A stretch of 63,188 bases of DNA, the filler included, from Octopus bimaculoides (lineage: Eukaryota): NCBI RefSeq assembly GCF_001194135.2. It is 3 parts of 3 records of this genome, joined end to end, with 100 filler letters (N's around TTAATTAATTAA, not from the genome) between each part and the next. Parts side by side here need not be neighbours in the genome. Positions count along the whole stretch, not along the records: positions 1 to 17,876 come from NC_068989.1; positions 17,977 to 39,731 come from NC_068984.1; 1 more part is not named here. One strand, 5' to 3'. Positions 12,471-24,659 of this stretch are shown here, piece after piece. The notes beneath the pieces are model-generated. The model did not search any database, had not been told where the DNA came from, and worked only from the letters and a program-made list of their open reading frames with translations. The position numbers and the translations under genes are program-made. Position 1 is the stretch's first letter. Each line of letters begins with the position of its first letter.

Positions 12471-12834
12471 TTATATTAATGGCATATTGTTGATGCATTA
12501 TGTTATTTGCAGAAAAGGATCATGGCAATAATATTATAAAGACAACCATCACAGATCTCATTCATATTTAATGGGCACTGGTGGATATTTTTTGTTTGTA
12601 TTTTGGTCTAAATAAAACCACCAAATTCAATTTTTATGGGGCAGTAATGTGTTATCCAATATGCAACTATGTACTCTTGTTCAGGCTTCTTTAATATACA
12701 TGACAGTCGAAGCGTTTGAGTCCCTAAGATTTAAAACAACAATTTGTATAATGCATAAATGTACAAAATACTTCTGTGATTTCATCATGAAGAAAAAGTA
12801 TTTTTTAAAATACTATTAGGGTATATTTGGAACA

Positions 12835-13043
12835 TACTGATTTCAAATTTTGGTCAGCAATTTTCTGAGTAGGGAATAAGTCGATTACATCGACACCAGC
12901 ACTAAACTGGTACTTATTTTATCGACCTCGAAAGGATGAAAGGCAAAGATGGCCTCGGTGGAATTTGAATTCAGAACTAAAAGACGGGCGAAATACTGCG
13001 TAACAATTTGACCGGTTTGCTACCGATTCTGCCAGCTTACCGC
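12835..13043 (-). mobile_element. SINE family A
   Basis: actggtacttattttatcgacctcgaaaggatgaaaggcaaag...gattctgccagcttaccgc. Confidence 0.82.
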
Positions 13044-13067
13044 TTTTCTTAAATTTTGAAATCAATA

Positions 13068-13269
13068 TTGGTTTCAACCTTTAGCATAAGGTGGAGAGGG
13101 CTAGTCGATTACATCGATCCCAGCACTCAACTGGTGCTTATTTTATCGATCCCCGAAAGGATGAAAAGCAAAGACAATTTAGGCGGAATTTTAACTCAGG
13201 ACATAAAATGGACGAAATGCTGCTAAACATTTTGCCCATTGTGCTAACAGTTTTGCCCAGCTCACCACC
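13068..13269 (-). mobile_element. SINE family A, tandem to the previous copy
   Basis: Same motifs as 12835-13043. Confidence 0.8.
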
Positions 13270-13894
13270 TTATATTTGGAACATATTGTAAGCGTTAGTT
13301 TGTGGTTGGGTGTAATAGATGTGCCCTGATTTTTAAATCACATTCACTCAATCAACAACTTGGGTGCACTTAGTCCATGTGATGTTAGCATAGTTGTGGT
13401 TAGTTATTGTTTACTGAGTGTGCTTATCTGCTTCACATGTGTAGGTAAATTTGTTTCTGCGTTGTTCTGTAGCTTCGAAACTACTTGAAAGCAGGTGTCA
13501 ATAAATTATGGCGTTTGAAAGAAAACCTGTCCCGCCATCCTGTACACACATTCATGTATATATATGCTTGTATGTATGTTTGTGCTTCAGTTTACAAAGA
13601 AGTGTTAAAATACACAATAGAAAACATAATATATTTATATAGTGTAGTGTTTAGATTACTGGACAGTCATCAAACTAAGCAAAAGGTGTCTATAACAGAA
13701 ATAGGAGCAGAAATAAGAAAGAAAATATAGAAAGGAAAATGACTTTGTATAAAAGTATATATATANNNNNNNNNNNNNNNNNNNNNNNNNNNNNNNNNNN
13801 NNNNNNNNNNNNNNNNNNNNNNNNNNNNNNNNNNNNNNNNNNNNNNNNNNNNNNNNNNNNNNNNNNNNNNNNNNNNNNNNNNNNNNNNNNNNNN

Positions 13895-13954
<60 letters not shown>

Positions 13955-14004
13955 GTGCGCGTGTGTGTGCGCGTGTGTGTGTGTGTGTGTGTTTATGAAA
14001 TGTA

Positions 14005-14515
14005 TTGGGTCATCTCCTAAATAATGCGGTTTTTTAAAATGCATGAATAAAAAGTCGGAGGGGGACGGGATAAACTACCTGCATCAACTTGCTATAAAAA
14101 CAGGTAGTGATTTTACCTTGTTCATATTCTTAGTCGAAGCTTTGAAAAGTGCAGTTCGATTTTAAACAGTTATTTTGTCAAAGCTATAATGGAAGTGACA
14201 AAAGAGCATATTCAGCCGGAGTCCAATAAAAGCAAAAATGCAACGGAAAATGCGGGTAATATTAATGCAATATATGGGTATCGGACAATGTCAACCAATG
14301 TCAACGGTGTTTCCAGAAATTCCAAGCCAGAAACTACAGCCCAAAAGACGATCCTTGTCTTGGAAGATCTGTAGAGCTCGAGAAGGACGTCCTGCAAACC
14401 CTAGTGGAACAAAATCTCATCCTAACTGTTGAGGAGCTAGCAGAGAAACTTGGATTTGGTCATTCAACCATTCGTTGGCACCTGCGTGTCATCGGAAAAG
14501 TCTGAAAATTGGTAA
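14005..14515 (+). mobile_element. Mariner 5' half: TIR, 5'UTR and HTH region of the transposase, 3'-truncated
   Basis: TA followed by TTGGGTCATCTCCTAAATAATGCGGTTTTT (resembles Hsmar1-type TIR ...AAGTAATTGCGGTT); MEVTKEHI...NATENAGNINAIYG...QCQRCFQKF...TVEELAEKLGFGHSTIRWHLRVIGKV. Confidence 0.88.
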
Positions 14516-14572
14516 AACTTCGGAATAAACAAATATGACTGCAAATTGGGTCATGTATTTTTGCAATATAAC

Positions 14573-14722
14573 ATATTGGTTCCAAATTTTGGCACAAAGT
14601 CAGCAATTTCAGGTGGAGTTCGATTATATCGACCCTAGTGCTCAACTGGTACCTATTTTATTGACACCAAAAAGATGAAACGCAAAGTATCGCAAAGTTG
14701 ACCTCGGCGGAATTTGAACTCA
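14573..14722 (-). mobile_element. SINE family A, 3' portion
   Basis: ggttccaaattttggcacaaagtcagcaatttc...gacctcggcggaatttgaactca. Confidence 0.8.
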
Positions 14723-15229
14723 TGTATCGATGCATACATTTGTTTGTGGATACTGATTGCAGTGTATGAGCGTGTGCATATGCATGCACACATACATAAA
14801 CCATACAGGCATTTACTGCATGTATATATGTATATATCGACGACTGTATCGGTGCAACCTCACTCTTCCGCGAACATTTAGACTCCTTCCTCTCACACCT
14901 ACTTACTCCTACCTACCTCTCCTCTCTTGCTCTGGCATCTACTTCCTCTCTTCACCCCTACTCTCTTTCTCTCTTCCTACTTCTCTTCATCCCTACTCTC
15001 TTTCTCTCTTTCTCACTTCTCTCATTCCCACCTTCCCCTTCCCCCTTCATCGTCAACCCTCCCTCATAAGCCCACCCCATCCCCACATTTCCACACCTAC
15101 ACATACACATACGCACACGTCAAGATCACCAGCCCTCTTTCACACGCACATACGTACTCTCTTACACACACGCGCACCTTCGTTTTGGGATCACTACTAT
15201 ATTGTTATCTCCCCTTCTTCTTAGCTCTC

Positions 15230-15475
15230 CTGTGTGGCCCTTTTGGCCGGCATTCACCATGATAGATTGCTAGCCACTACACACATTTTTTCTCTCCTTC
15301 TTTCTCTCCGTGTTTCTTTCTGTATTCCTTTCTGTGGAAGATCGTAGGCTCGAAACGGTAAAGCCTTTTTCAATTCCCGAGCGTTATACTAATACATCTG
15401 TTTGTTTTCTACACCACCTGTTTTCGTCTTTTGTTTTTTTGTGAATTCTCCCTCCCTATATATATATATATATAA
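15230..15475 (+). mobile_element. Non-autonomous hammerhead-bearing repeat (probable PLE derivative) ending in (TA)n
   Basis: Aligns over ~150 bp to the reverse complement of 62960-63110 (ttcccgagcgt.atactaata...tacaccacctgt..tcgtct...attctccc + TA run). Confidence 0.7.
15328..15363 (+). ncRNA. Degenerate minimal type-I hammerhead-like motif (A6-variant core)
   Basis: CTTT-CTGTGGA-A-GATC-GTAG-GCTC-GAAAC-GGT-AAAG; one stem II mismatch and a damaged cleavage triplet relative to the 63050 copy. Confidence 0.45.
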
Positions 15476-16232
15476 CCACACCGACATATATACATACGTA
15501 TGTATACACATACGTGTGTGTGTGTGTGTGTGTGTAAACTACAAAATGGACCATATATATTTTAATTTGTGTGTAAGTCTGAAAGATTATATGACATTTC
15601 CTTCAATGTACAGAGTAACATTCTGTTTGAATGTAATATTTAAATTTTCGTAGCAAATATTAACAAATGTGAACATATTCTTTTTGTTCAAATAATCTTA
15701 AATTTCTCTTTACTCATTTGCTTTTGAAATTCATCTACCTTGTGTATATATAATGATATATGATTGTACGACACGGAAATGGAACTTTTAGAAACAACAT
15801 CCAAATCCCTTTCAAATCACATCCATTGTCTTGTATATTTATAAATATACAGAACTAAGGAAGAAACCTTTACAAAGAGCTGGAAACTCATGTTCACTCC
15901 ATCCTGACAAAACGTGGTACAACATTGGAATAAACAAACATGTGACCAATAAAAGTTTTGATTTCTACATAAAAATAACTAATCCATTTTCTTAGCCGAT
16001 TAGTTTCTATTATGTGTCAAACCAAGCGTACTACAATATGGTGCTTCTCTGTTGCAATAGTCAGGCAACTGCTGGTTCCACTGCTTTCAAAAATGCATAA
16101 ATGTATAAATAAATACATAACAGGAAATCGCTGCTTCATTCGTATTTATGTATATATTTGTTTGGGATTGTGTGCTTGTTTTTGTATATGTCTGAAGATC
16201 AGTTTGCTTTGTGTGCCTATACTTACGCATGC

Positions 16233-16276
<44 letters not shown>

Positions 16277-16627
16277 ATGCAGTATGCATATATTTTGCGT
16301 ATTTATGTAAGTGTTATCTGTGTGCGTATAATGTTCATTGTTTTTTATATAAATATTTACAGTATATATATAGATGCATGTGTATAAAGAGAAAGAGAGA
16401 AAGAAATGAGAGATGTACATATAGATGAGGTTATATATTTGAAGAGTCATGCCTGCGAAACTTATATAGATACACGTCACTGGTTGCTTGACTATATAAG
16501 CTCGTAAATAGTTTCCACCACATTATGATCTACTCAATAAGCACAAAGTGTCAAATACTTCAGATTTTTGGCTGAAAAACTAAAGGCATTTGAAAATTAA
16601 ATACCAATCGAAAGTATATAAATATAT

Positions 16628-17100
16628 GTGTAGGCGTGGCTGTGTGGATAAGAAGCTTGCTTCCCATCCATGTGGTCTTGAGTTCAATCCTATAGTAGAA
16701 TCACCTTGGGCAATTTTTTAGTATTATAGCACTGGACTGACCAAAGTCTTGTGAGTGTGTTTAGTAGACTGAAACTGAAAGGATCTCGTTTTATGTATAT
16801 ATGTACGTATGTATGTATGTATACGAGGGTGTGCTGGAAAGTTGCTGGTTTTAAGGGTATCGTAACAGGCTTGGTTTGAGGCCTAACTCTCCGGGTTCTT
16901 TTTCAGGGTTTAGGAAACCACACTACCGCTTGATCACCGGTGCCGGTGTGTTTACGTCCCTGGAACATAACAGTTTGGCATCAGAACCGATACAATAAGT
17001 ATCAAATTTAATAGAGTGTCACTGAAGCCATTAAAAGCAGTGCCCCAGTAGGTTCCCCAGCATGGCTGCAGTCAAATGATTGAAACATGTAAAAGAAAAA
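16628..17100 (+). mobile_element. SINE family C with a nested mariner-type MITE fragment
   Basis: Head gtaggcgtggctgtgtggataagaagcttgcttcccatc; tail ...gcatggctgcagtcaaatgattgaaacatgtaaaag. Confidence 0.75.
16823..16920 (+). mobile_element. 5' part of a mariner-like MITE
   Basis: Begins TA-CGAGGGTGTGCTGGAAAGTT, an irritans-type mariner TIR pattern, inside the SINE microsatellite; no right TIR. Confidence 0.5.
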
Positions 17101-17621
17101 AGAAGATATGTACATATTTAAGCTATTGTCGACCACCAGGTTTAAAACATGATATATACATAAAAATACAAGATAATGAAAATATGGGAATTGAGCGAAC
17201 AAGTAAGACGAAATTACTGTATGCATTTTATCATAAGTAAGAGCTGAGTAGAAAACCGATACGTTACTAATCTTGTATGTTTCTAAGAATTAGTCAGTTG
17301 TTTTACGTATTGTATAAATTTTAGAATCATTTTACATGTTGCGGTCTGTGGTTGTGCTGGAGTACCACTTAAATGGGTTGTCTGGGCTTAGGCAACTATT
17401 TATGGGTCGCATGAGACATGGTTCATCATCAGGCGGTCCGCACTAACAAAAATTCCAAGATAACTGTCCGTTAGCTATACCATTGAGAATCCCGTGGCTG
17501 CAATTTGCCCAAGACTGGGTTGGTCGATCAGATGACCTCACTACATACATTTAAGTCAAATATTTATGTTCTTGGTAACTTACTGCCAAACAGCTATATT
17601 ACAGTGTCGCAAACAAACAAA

Positions 17622-17836
17622 TGTTTTCAAAAATTGGCATAAGGCCAGCAATTTCGGAGGAGTGGGTATGCCGATTAAATCTACTCCAGTGTTCAACTGG
17701 TACTTATTTTATCAACCATGAAAGGATAGAAAACGAAGTCTACCTTAGTGAAATTTCGAACTCAGAACGTAAAGACAGACGAAATGCTGTTAAGCATTTT
17801 GCTTGGCGTGCTAACGATTCTGCCAGCTCACCACCT
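17622..17836 (-). mobile_element. SINE family A
   Basis: Full reverse-complement copy ending gattctgccagctcaccacc. Confidence 0.83.
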
Positions 17837-17976
17837 TCAAACAACCATCCATCGCTTTCGACGTCGAGGTCTCTAGNNNNNNNNNNNNNNNNNNNNNNNN
17901 NNNNNNNNNNNNNNNNNNNNTTAATTAATTAANNNNNNNNNNNNNNNNNNNNNNNNNNNNNNNNNNNNNNNNNNNN

Positions 17977-18392
17977 ACCCATTATCTTGTTTTTAGCATT
18001 GAGCTCTGTTTTTAGTATTGATCTAACTCGTCTATAGTACTCTTTCTTTATTTTTTCTTTCATTTGTGTATGTTGTATCCTATCTAGTTCATTGACTCTT
18101 AAATACTTGTATGGTTGGCTTTCGTCTAGTTCTCTTATTTCATTGGCTTTATCTAGTGTTATATTGCTACTTTTAACTAATTTTCCTCTTTTCAGGGTTG
18201 CTTTGGCACATTTTTGTAATCCGAATTTCATATCTATTTCCTTGGTAAAGCCGTGTACTGTCTGTAATGTTTCTAGCTCTCTGTCGTTTTTAGCATATAA
18301 TTTTAGGTCATCCATATATAGAAGGTGGCTGACTGTTTTTCCGTAGCATTTGTAACCGCATCCAGTTCTATTTAGCAATTCAGTTAAAGGTG
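17977..18392 (-). mobile_element. Dong/R4 RT fragment (palm-thumb)
   Basis: VSHLLYMDDLKLYAKNDRELE...KFGLQKCAKATLKRGK...PYKYL...EKIKKEYYRRVRSILKTELNAKNKI; runs into an N gap. Confidence 0.9.
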
Positions 18393-18475
18393 TGAGAAAA
18401 CATTTGCCCAAGGTGCCATGCAATGGGACTTAACCCGAGGTCATGTGGTTGAGAAGCAAACTTTTTCAGCAGCTG
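18393..18475 (-). mobile_element. SINE family C head fragment
   Basis: Reverse complement reads tttgcttctcaaccacatgacctcgggttaagtcccattgcatggcaccttgggcaaatg. Confidence 0.7.
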
Positions 18476-18642
18476 ATTTTTTTTTTCATACTCTTATATT
18501 TCTTGATTTATAAAAAGAAAATTTACAGAAGACTAAAGGTACTTTTGATACTTCCTCTCGCCCGTCCATCTTCCATTTAGTGTTCGTAACAAAAATCTGT
18601 CGAGATCATTATAATGTAAATACGGCCTTTCTTTTTTCCCTC

Positions 18643-18689
<47 letters not shown>

Positions 18690-18794
18690 ATATTTTGAGA
18701 AGGGATTTTAAACTTTCATGCTGTGTTTGATTTCTCGTTTCTTTGATTGTTGCAATAAACTCACTTTTCGTAGATTTGCTACTTAGTAATTAAT

Positions 18795-18995
18795 TATAAT
18801 CTAGACACAAGACCAGCAATGTTTAAAGGAGATTATTAGTTGATTCCATTGATTCCAGTAGTTGGCTGGTTCTTTATTTTATTGACCTCTAAAAGGATGA
18901 AAGGCTAGGCTGACCTCCGTAGGTTTTGAACACAAAACGTAAGGAATACCGTAAGACATCTTGTCCACCACTCTAACGATTCTGCCAGCTCGCCT
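18795..18995 (-). mobile_element. SINE family A (diverged)
   Basis: aaaggatgaaaggc...ctaacgattctgccagctcgcc. Confidence 0.75.
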
Positions 18996-19019
18996 CCTTT
19001 TTGGAGTTTATAAATATCT

Positions 19020-19228
19020 GTTTCTAATATAGGCACAAGGCCTGAAACTTGTTGGTGAGAAGATAGTCGATTACATCAACCCTAGTGCATGACTGGTACT
19101 TTGTTTTATTGAGTCCAAAAAGAGAAAAGGCAAAGATGACTTCGGCAAGATTTGATCTCAGAGCGTAAAGAGGCAAAGAAATAACATTTAAGCATTTTAT
19201 CCGACGCTCTAAACGATTCTGCCAGTAC
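19020..19228 (-). mobile_element. SINE family A, tandem to the previous copy
   Basis: taggcacaaggcctgaaa...ctaaacgattctgccag. Confidence 0.8.
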
Positions 19229-20242
19229 AAAAGCAACTATAGAGTGTTCCAATGAAATCAAATAAAGATGGAATCTGTAACAAAAATCATGAATAGAAAA
19301 AATAATAATTGATAAATCGAATGAAATTCATAAATTAAAACAAAGAAGCAGAGAACAAAGACACCACAAATATTAACGACGGCGAGAACATAAATGGCGC
19401 TAAATTCAAATTGCTGACGTCATGTAACAATATAGTGGCCTTTCTTTACAAACCTTTTATGTATAATTTATGTTGTAGATGAGTTTTTTTCTACATCTTT
19501 AATAAAGATTTCATTTCGTTTTCTTTAATACTAAAATTTATTTTTCAAATATCTAAACTGAAAAATACCTTATATTTGACATGTTAAAATTTTGTAAATA
19601 CTTCAACGATTAAGTTCAACAGTTGTTTCTTTATTTTTCTGTTCCAAAATAAGAAAACTCATAATAAATAAATAAATAAATAATAAGTAGCCAACCGAAT
19701 CTAGTTACGTCAGATTCTTAATAGAGTAAGAGCTATTATAAGAATAGGCTATGAAGCTGTAAGGGAGAAGAAATATTGACCGAACTCCAAACTCCAGGAA
19801 ACAAAGAAAATTTCAAGAATTAGAATTTGTTATAAATTTCCAGAGCAGTAAGATTTATATTATATATGCACTTTTTATTATCTTTTGCTGTTCCTTTTTT
19901 TTTTTCTTTGCTTGTTACAAATTTCATAAGGTTTTTTTTTTTCTTATACCATAATCTTCCTTAATCAATGAAGAATATTTTCCAGGCATAACTGTAGACA
20001 ATTATTTCTGTCGCATTAACGAGAAAAGGTCTATATATTAGTTTGACAAGCTAAAAATAACAGCCAAATCACTTTCAAATCACGGCCTCTTGTCTTAAAT
20101 AAAGGATCATGCGCTAAACAATTTTGTCACTGGCATCAAAAAAAAAAAGGAAATGGTCGTGATTAGGACACCTTTGATTATAGGTTTGCTCGGTCGGCGC
20201 TGATCTGTAACTAAACAACCACATTTATAAAATTAAATGTCA

Positions 20243-20425
20243 GTCTGGCGGCGAACTGGTCGAATTATTTAACTTAGCAGCATATCATGTGTCTTTACGT
20301 TCTGAGTTCAAATTCCACTGAACTCGACTGTGTCTTTCATCCTTTTGGGATCGATAAAGTAAGTACCAGTTGAACACTGGAGTCGATGTAATTGACTTAC
20401 CCCTCCCCCGAAATTTGAAATCAAA
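20243..20425 (+). mobile_element. SINE family A
   Basis: ggcggcgaactgg...gttctgagttcaaattcc...catccttttggg...ttacccctcccccgaaatt. Confidence 0.78.
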
Positions 20426-21630
20426 ATTAAATGTCAGCCAAAACTATATGACATTTAATATAAAACATTAGTTACTGACATAAGCACAAAATTCCTTAAT
20501 ATAGAATATTGGAAAGCTTGTATTAACAAGCAAAACTTTTTTCTGGTTCTTGAATTATAAAATAAACCAAGGAAACGGAATAAGTGACTGATAATTTTTT
20601 TATTAGTATTTTCTTTTATTCAGTATCCATAATGATAGAATTAATTACTGGTTACTGAAATTTAAACAAACACTGAATAATTACGAAGCCACGGCTAAAC
20701 TATGTGCAACAGTTCATAGTACGCCATTAAGGGATATGGATGAATATGTCTGGGAAACTGCTCTCCAGCGATAAGTAGTTGGTTGCTTCTTGATTGCTAG
20801 ATGTTCGGTAGTCAATTTATATAAATTATTTTTCCTTGTTAATTAATAATCATTTGCCTTGAATTGCATATTAATTTCTTTCTTAACTTTATTTTAAACT
20901 GCCTGCTTTTAATTTTGTCTATTTTATTGCTTATAATGTGGAAATTTTGGTATCGGGAATTTGATACCAAACAAAAAGTTAAATAACCTGCAAAGCTAAC
21001 AAATTTAAACAAACAATTTTCGTCGCATGCAAATTATTACCGAAATATATATAAAGAAAATTTCTGTAAACATTAAAGATCTTTAAGTAATTTTAAATTG
21101 TTGAGGTTCGCATTAAATTTTACGTACCGTGTATTAAAAGAAATTCCTTTAATATCAAAATTAATTAATCATATGTCTTTAATTATCGGACTGACTAATC
21201 AGGAGTGTTTTTTTGTGTGTTTTTTTCAATGAAAATTCCTAAACTAACAAACATAACCATTCACAAGACATGAATACAAGACAATCTGCACACCCAGTAC
21301 TACACAAGACTTGCATACAAGACAACATACACTCACAGCCATCATATGTTCACCAGAGTCGAATAATAGCAAAATGTTATCGATTCAATAGTGTTTAATT
21401 TCGATTCCATTTCGGAGCTGGATCATTCATAATTTTCAAATTCGATCAGTATTTAAGACATGGCAAGAAAAAAAAAATTAGGCCAATTTTTTATTCATTT
21501 TCAAATAGCAAATATATTCCAACGGTTTTGCACTAACTCCATTAACTCGCAGTAAAGCAGTTTCTAGGTCGAACAAATGATAGCCTGCGTGTAAAAAAGG
21601 GAGTGCATATTTGAGAAGGATATACATACA

Positions 21631-21678
<48 letters not shown>

Positions 21679-22548
21679 NNNNNNNNNNNNNNNNNNNNNN
21701 NNNNNNNNNNNNNNNNNNNNNNNNNNNNNNNNNNNNNNNNNNNNNNNNNNNNNNNNNNNNNNNNNNNNNNNNNNNNNNNNNNNNNNNNNNNNNNNNNNNN
21801 NNNNNNNNNNNNNNNNNNNNNNNNNNNNNNNNNNNNNNNNNNNNNNNNNNNNNNNNNNNNNNNNNNNNNNNNNNNNNNNNNNNNNNNNNNNNNNNNNNNN
21901 NNNNNNNNNNNNNNNNNNNNNNNNNNNNNNNNNNNNNNNNNNNNNNNNNNNNNNNNNNNNNNNNNNNNNNNNNNNNNNNNNNNNNNNNNNNNNNNNNNNN
22001 NNNNNNNNNNNNNNNNNNNNNNNNNNNNNNNNNNNNNNNNNNNNNNNNNNNNNNNNNNNNNNNNNNNNNNNNNNNNNNNNNNNCTATGTATATTTGTATG
22101 TATGTATGTAAATATATGTAAGCGTATATGTATACGGATGTGTATATACATATGTAAGTATATATATATATGTATATATGTATGTATATATGGTATATAT
22201 GTATGTATATATGTATATATGTATGCATGTATATATGTATATGTGTATATATGTGTAAATATATGCATATATATGTAAATATGTATTTATATGTATATGT
22301 ATGTATGTGTGAGTGTACGTATATATGAGTGTATATATATATATATGTATATGCGCATATATATGTGTGTGTGTGTGTATATATATATACATACATATAT
22401 GTAAGTTTATATACTTGTTTGTATGTATATTTATATATGTACATAGGAAACCAGATACTGATATCCCTATGCCTAAAGGAAACATTAAAATCGATAAATA
22501 AATAGATGTGAATATATATCTATGTATGTATGTATGTATGTATGTATC

Positions 22549-22613
<65 letters not shown>

Positions 22614-23040
22614 TTATGTATGTATGTATGTATGTATGTATGTATGTATGTAGAACACAATTAGAAATTACAAATCGTTGGAAAAGAACGAACATATAGT
22701 AACATGAAATAAAGGCTAAATGCTAGGATACCACAGTCAGTTGTAAAAGAAGACGAGTTGGAGAATTTTGACTTGTTTCTCTTATATTTCGAATTAAAGC
22801 CCCCTTAAAACTCCATGGCAAGTTACATTTGTCTTATGACCAACCCTATAGAGATTATATATGATTTGAAAAGAGATGGATAAACCAGAAATATACTACG
22901 ATAGACTCAATCGTATGCAGGCTTACCCCAACAAATATTCATAATGCTCTCTCTGTTGTAATATACTGGGTCTATATAATCATATAAAGAACCACTGTTT
23001 CATATATCTCATACACTTCTATGTGTATGTATATGCGTGT

Positions 23041-23130
<90 letters not shown>

Positions 23131-23677
23131 TAGTCAATCCCTCTGAGTTTCTCTTCTTTGCCTTTTTTTGTTTGCTTTTGTTTGCTTTGTTTTATACTTG
23201 TTATCTGCACAAATTGAGTAACATACCTTACTCATAGCTCTTTTCGTAATTCAATGAATACCTAACAACAAACTTTAAACTCCTACTCTATTCTCACTGC
23301 ACGGAAATACCGGCATGGGAAACTCTAGCGTAATTATAATCCATCCTACAAGTTAATGCACGTTTCCTACTTTAAATTGTTGCTTGCAGTGGTAGGCTTC
23401 GACTAAATATTCGATGCCACTCCTGACTTTGGCCGCTCCTGTGAACAAACGTAAAATTGCGAACGTTTACTATTATAACGCCTAAATTCAAAATGGTGAC
23501 GAAAAGCATTATGCTGCCTGGTTCTTCATTAGTCATGTCACGAAACTGAAATTATATGACTTAGAGTTGTAAAATACAAATTTAGAAGATTTCTCGGTGC
23601 ATATATATATTCTCTCTACCGCCGCCTCTCTCTCTCCCTCTCTCTTTCTCTTTCTCACTATGTATATATATACATAT

Positions 23678-23850
23678 TCTTTTACTCTTTTACTTGTTTG
23701 TCATTTGACTGTGGCCATGCTGAAGTACCGCCTTTAGTCGAGAAAATCGACCCCAGGACTTATTCTTTGGAAGCCTAGTACTTATTCTATCGTTCCCTTT
23801 TGCCGAACTGCTAAGTTACGGGGACGTAAACACACCAGCATCGGTTGTTG
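23678..23850 (-). mobile_element. SINE family C tail
   Basis: cttttacttgtttgtcatttgactgtggccatgctg...ttacggggacgtaaacacaccagcatcggttg. Confidence 0.82.
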
Positions 23851-24041
23851 TATATATNNNNNNNNNNNNNNNNNNNNNNNNNNNNNNNNNNNNNNNNNNN
23901 NNNNNNNNNNNNNNNNNNNNNNNNNNNNNNNNNNNNNNNNNNNNNNNNNNNNNNNNNNNNNNNNNNNNNNNNNNNNNNNNNNNNNNNNNNNNNNNNNNNN
24001 NNNNNNNNNNNNNNNNNNNNNNNNNNNNNNNNNNNNNNNNN

Positions 24042-24074
<33 letters not shown>

Positions 24075-24456
24075 CATATATATATGTGTGTGTGTGTGTG
24101 TGTGTTTACGTATGTATGTACGTATGTATGTATGTATGTTTGTATGTATACATATATATATATATATATGTGTGTGTGTACACATACATGCATTCATGTG
24201 TGCATATGCATATGTGCATTAATGAATATATACATCAGTGTATGGAGTGCGTGTGTATGTGTGTGTGAATGTTTATATACACATATATATACATATGTAT
24301 ATGCATGTAAATATATCTATACGAATACACATGTATNNNNNNNNNNATATTCAGTTATATTAAACGTACATATTTACAGAGAAATATACAAACACACACA
24401 AATATGTGTATGCTAATCTATACATACATACATACATACATACATACATACATACA

Positions 24457-24487
<31 letters not shown>

Positions 24488-24659
24488 GCAAATGTCTCGC
24501 ATTCTTGAACTGTGCAAATCAGAAAAATTCAAATATATTCAAATTTTACAGAGCATCTCTTGTTTAAAAAAACAATATAAAAACATTCCTTTCTATACTA
24601 TTGATGCGCGGGTAAAATATATGTGCGTGTGTGGGCGCACGCTTGCTTATGTGTGTCTA

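Noticed and set aside
17370-17495. Possible hAT-type MITE (ggcaac...gggtcgc...ttgagaatccc)
   Set aside because: Ends too degenerate and no 8-bp TSD identified.
17921-17932. TTAATTAATTAA palindrome flanked by 44 N on each side
   Set aside because: An identical 44+12+44 = 100-bp construct recurs at 39732-39831; it is an all-frame-stop assembly spacer, not biology.
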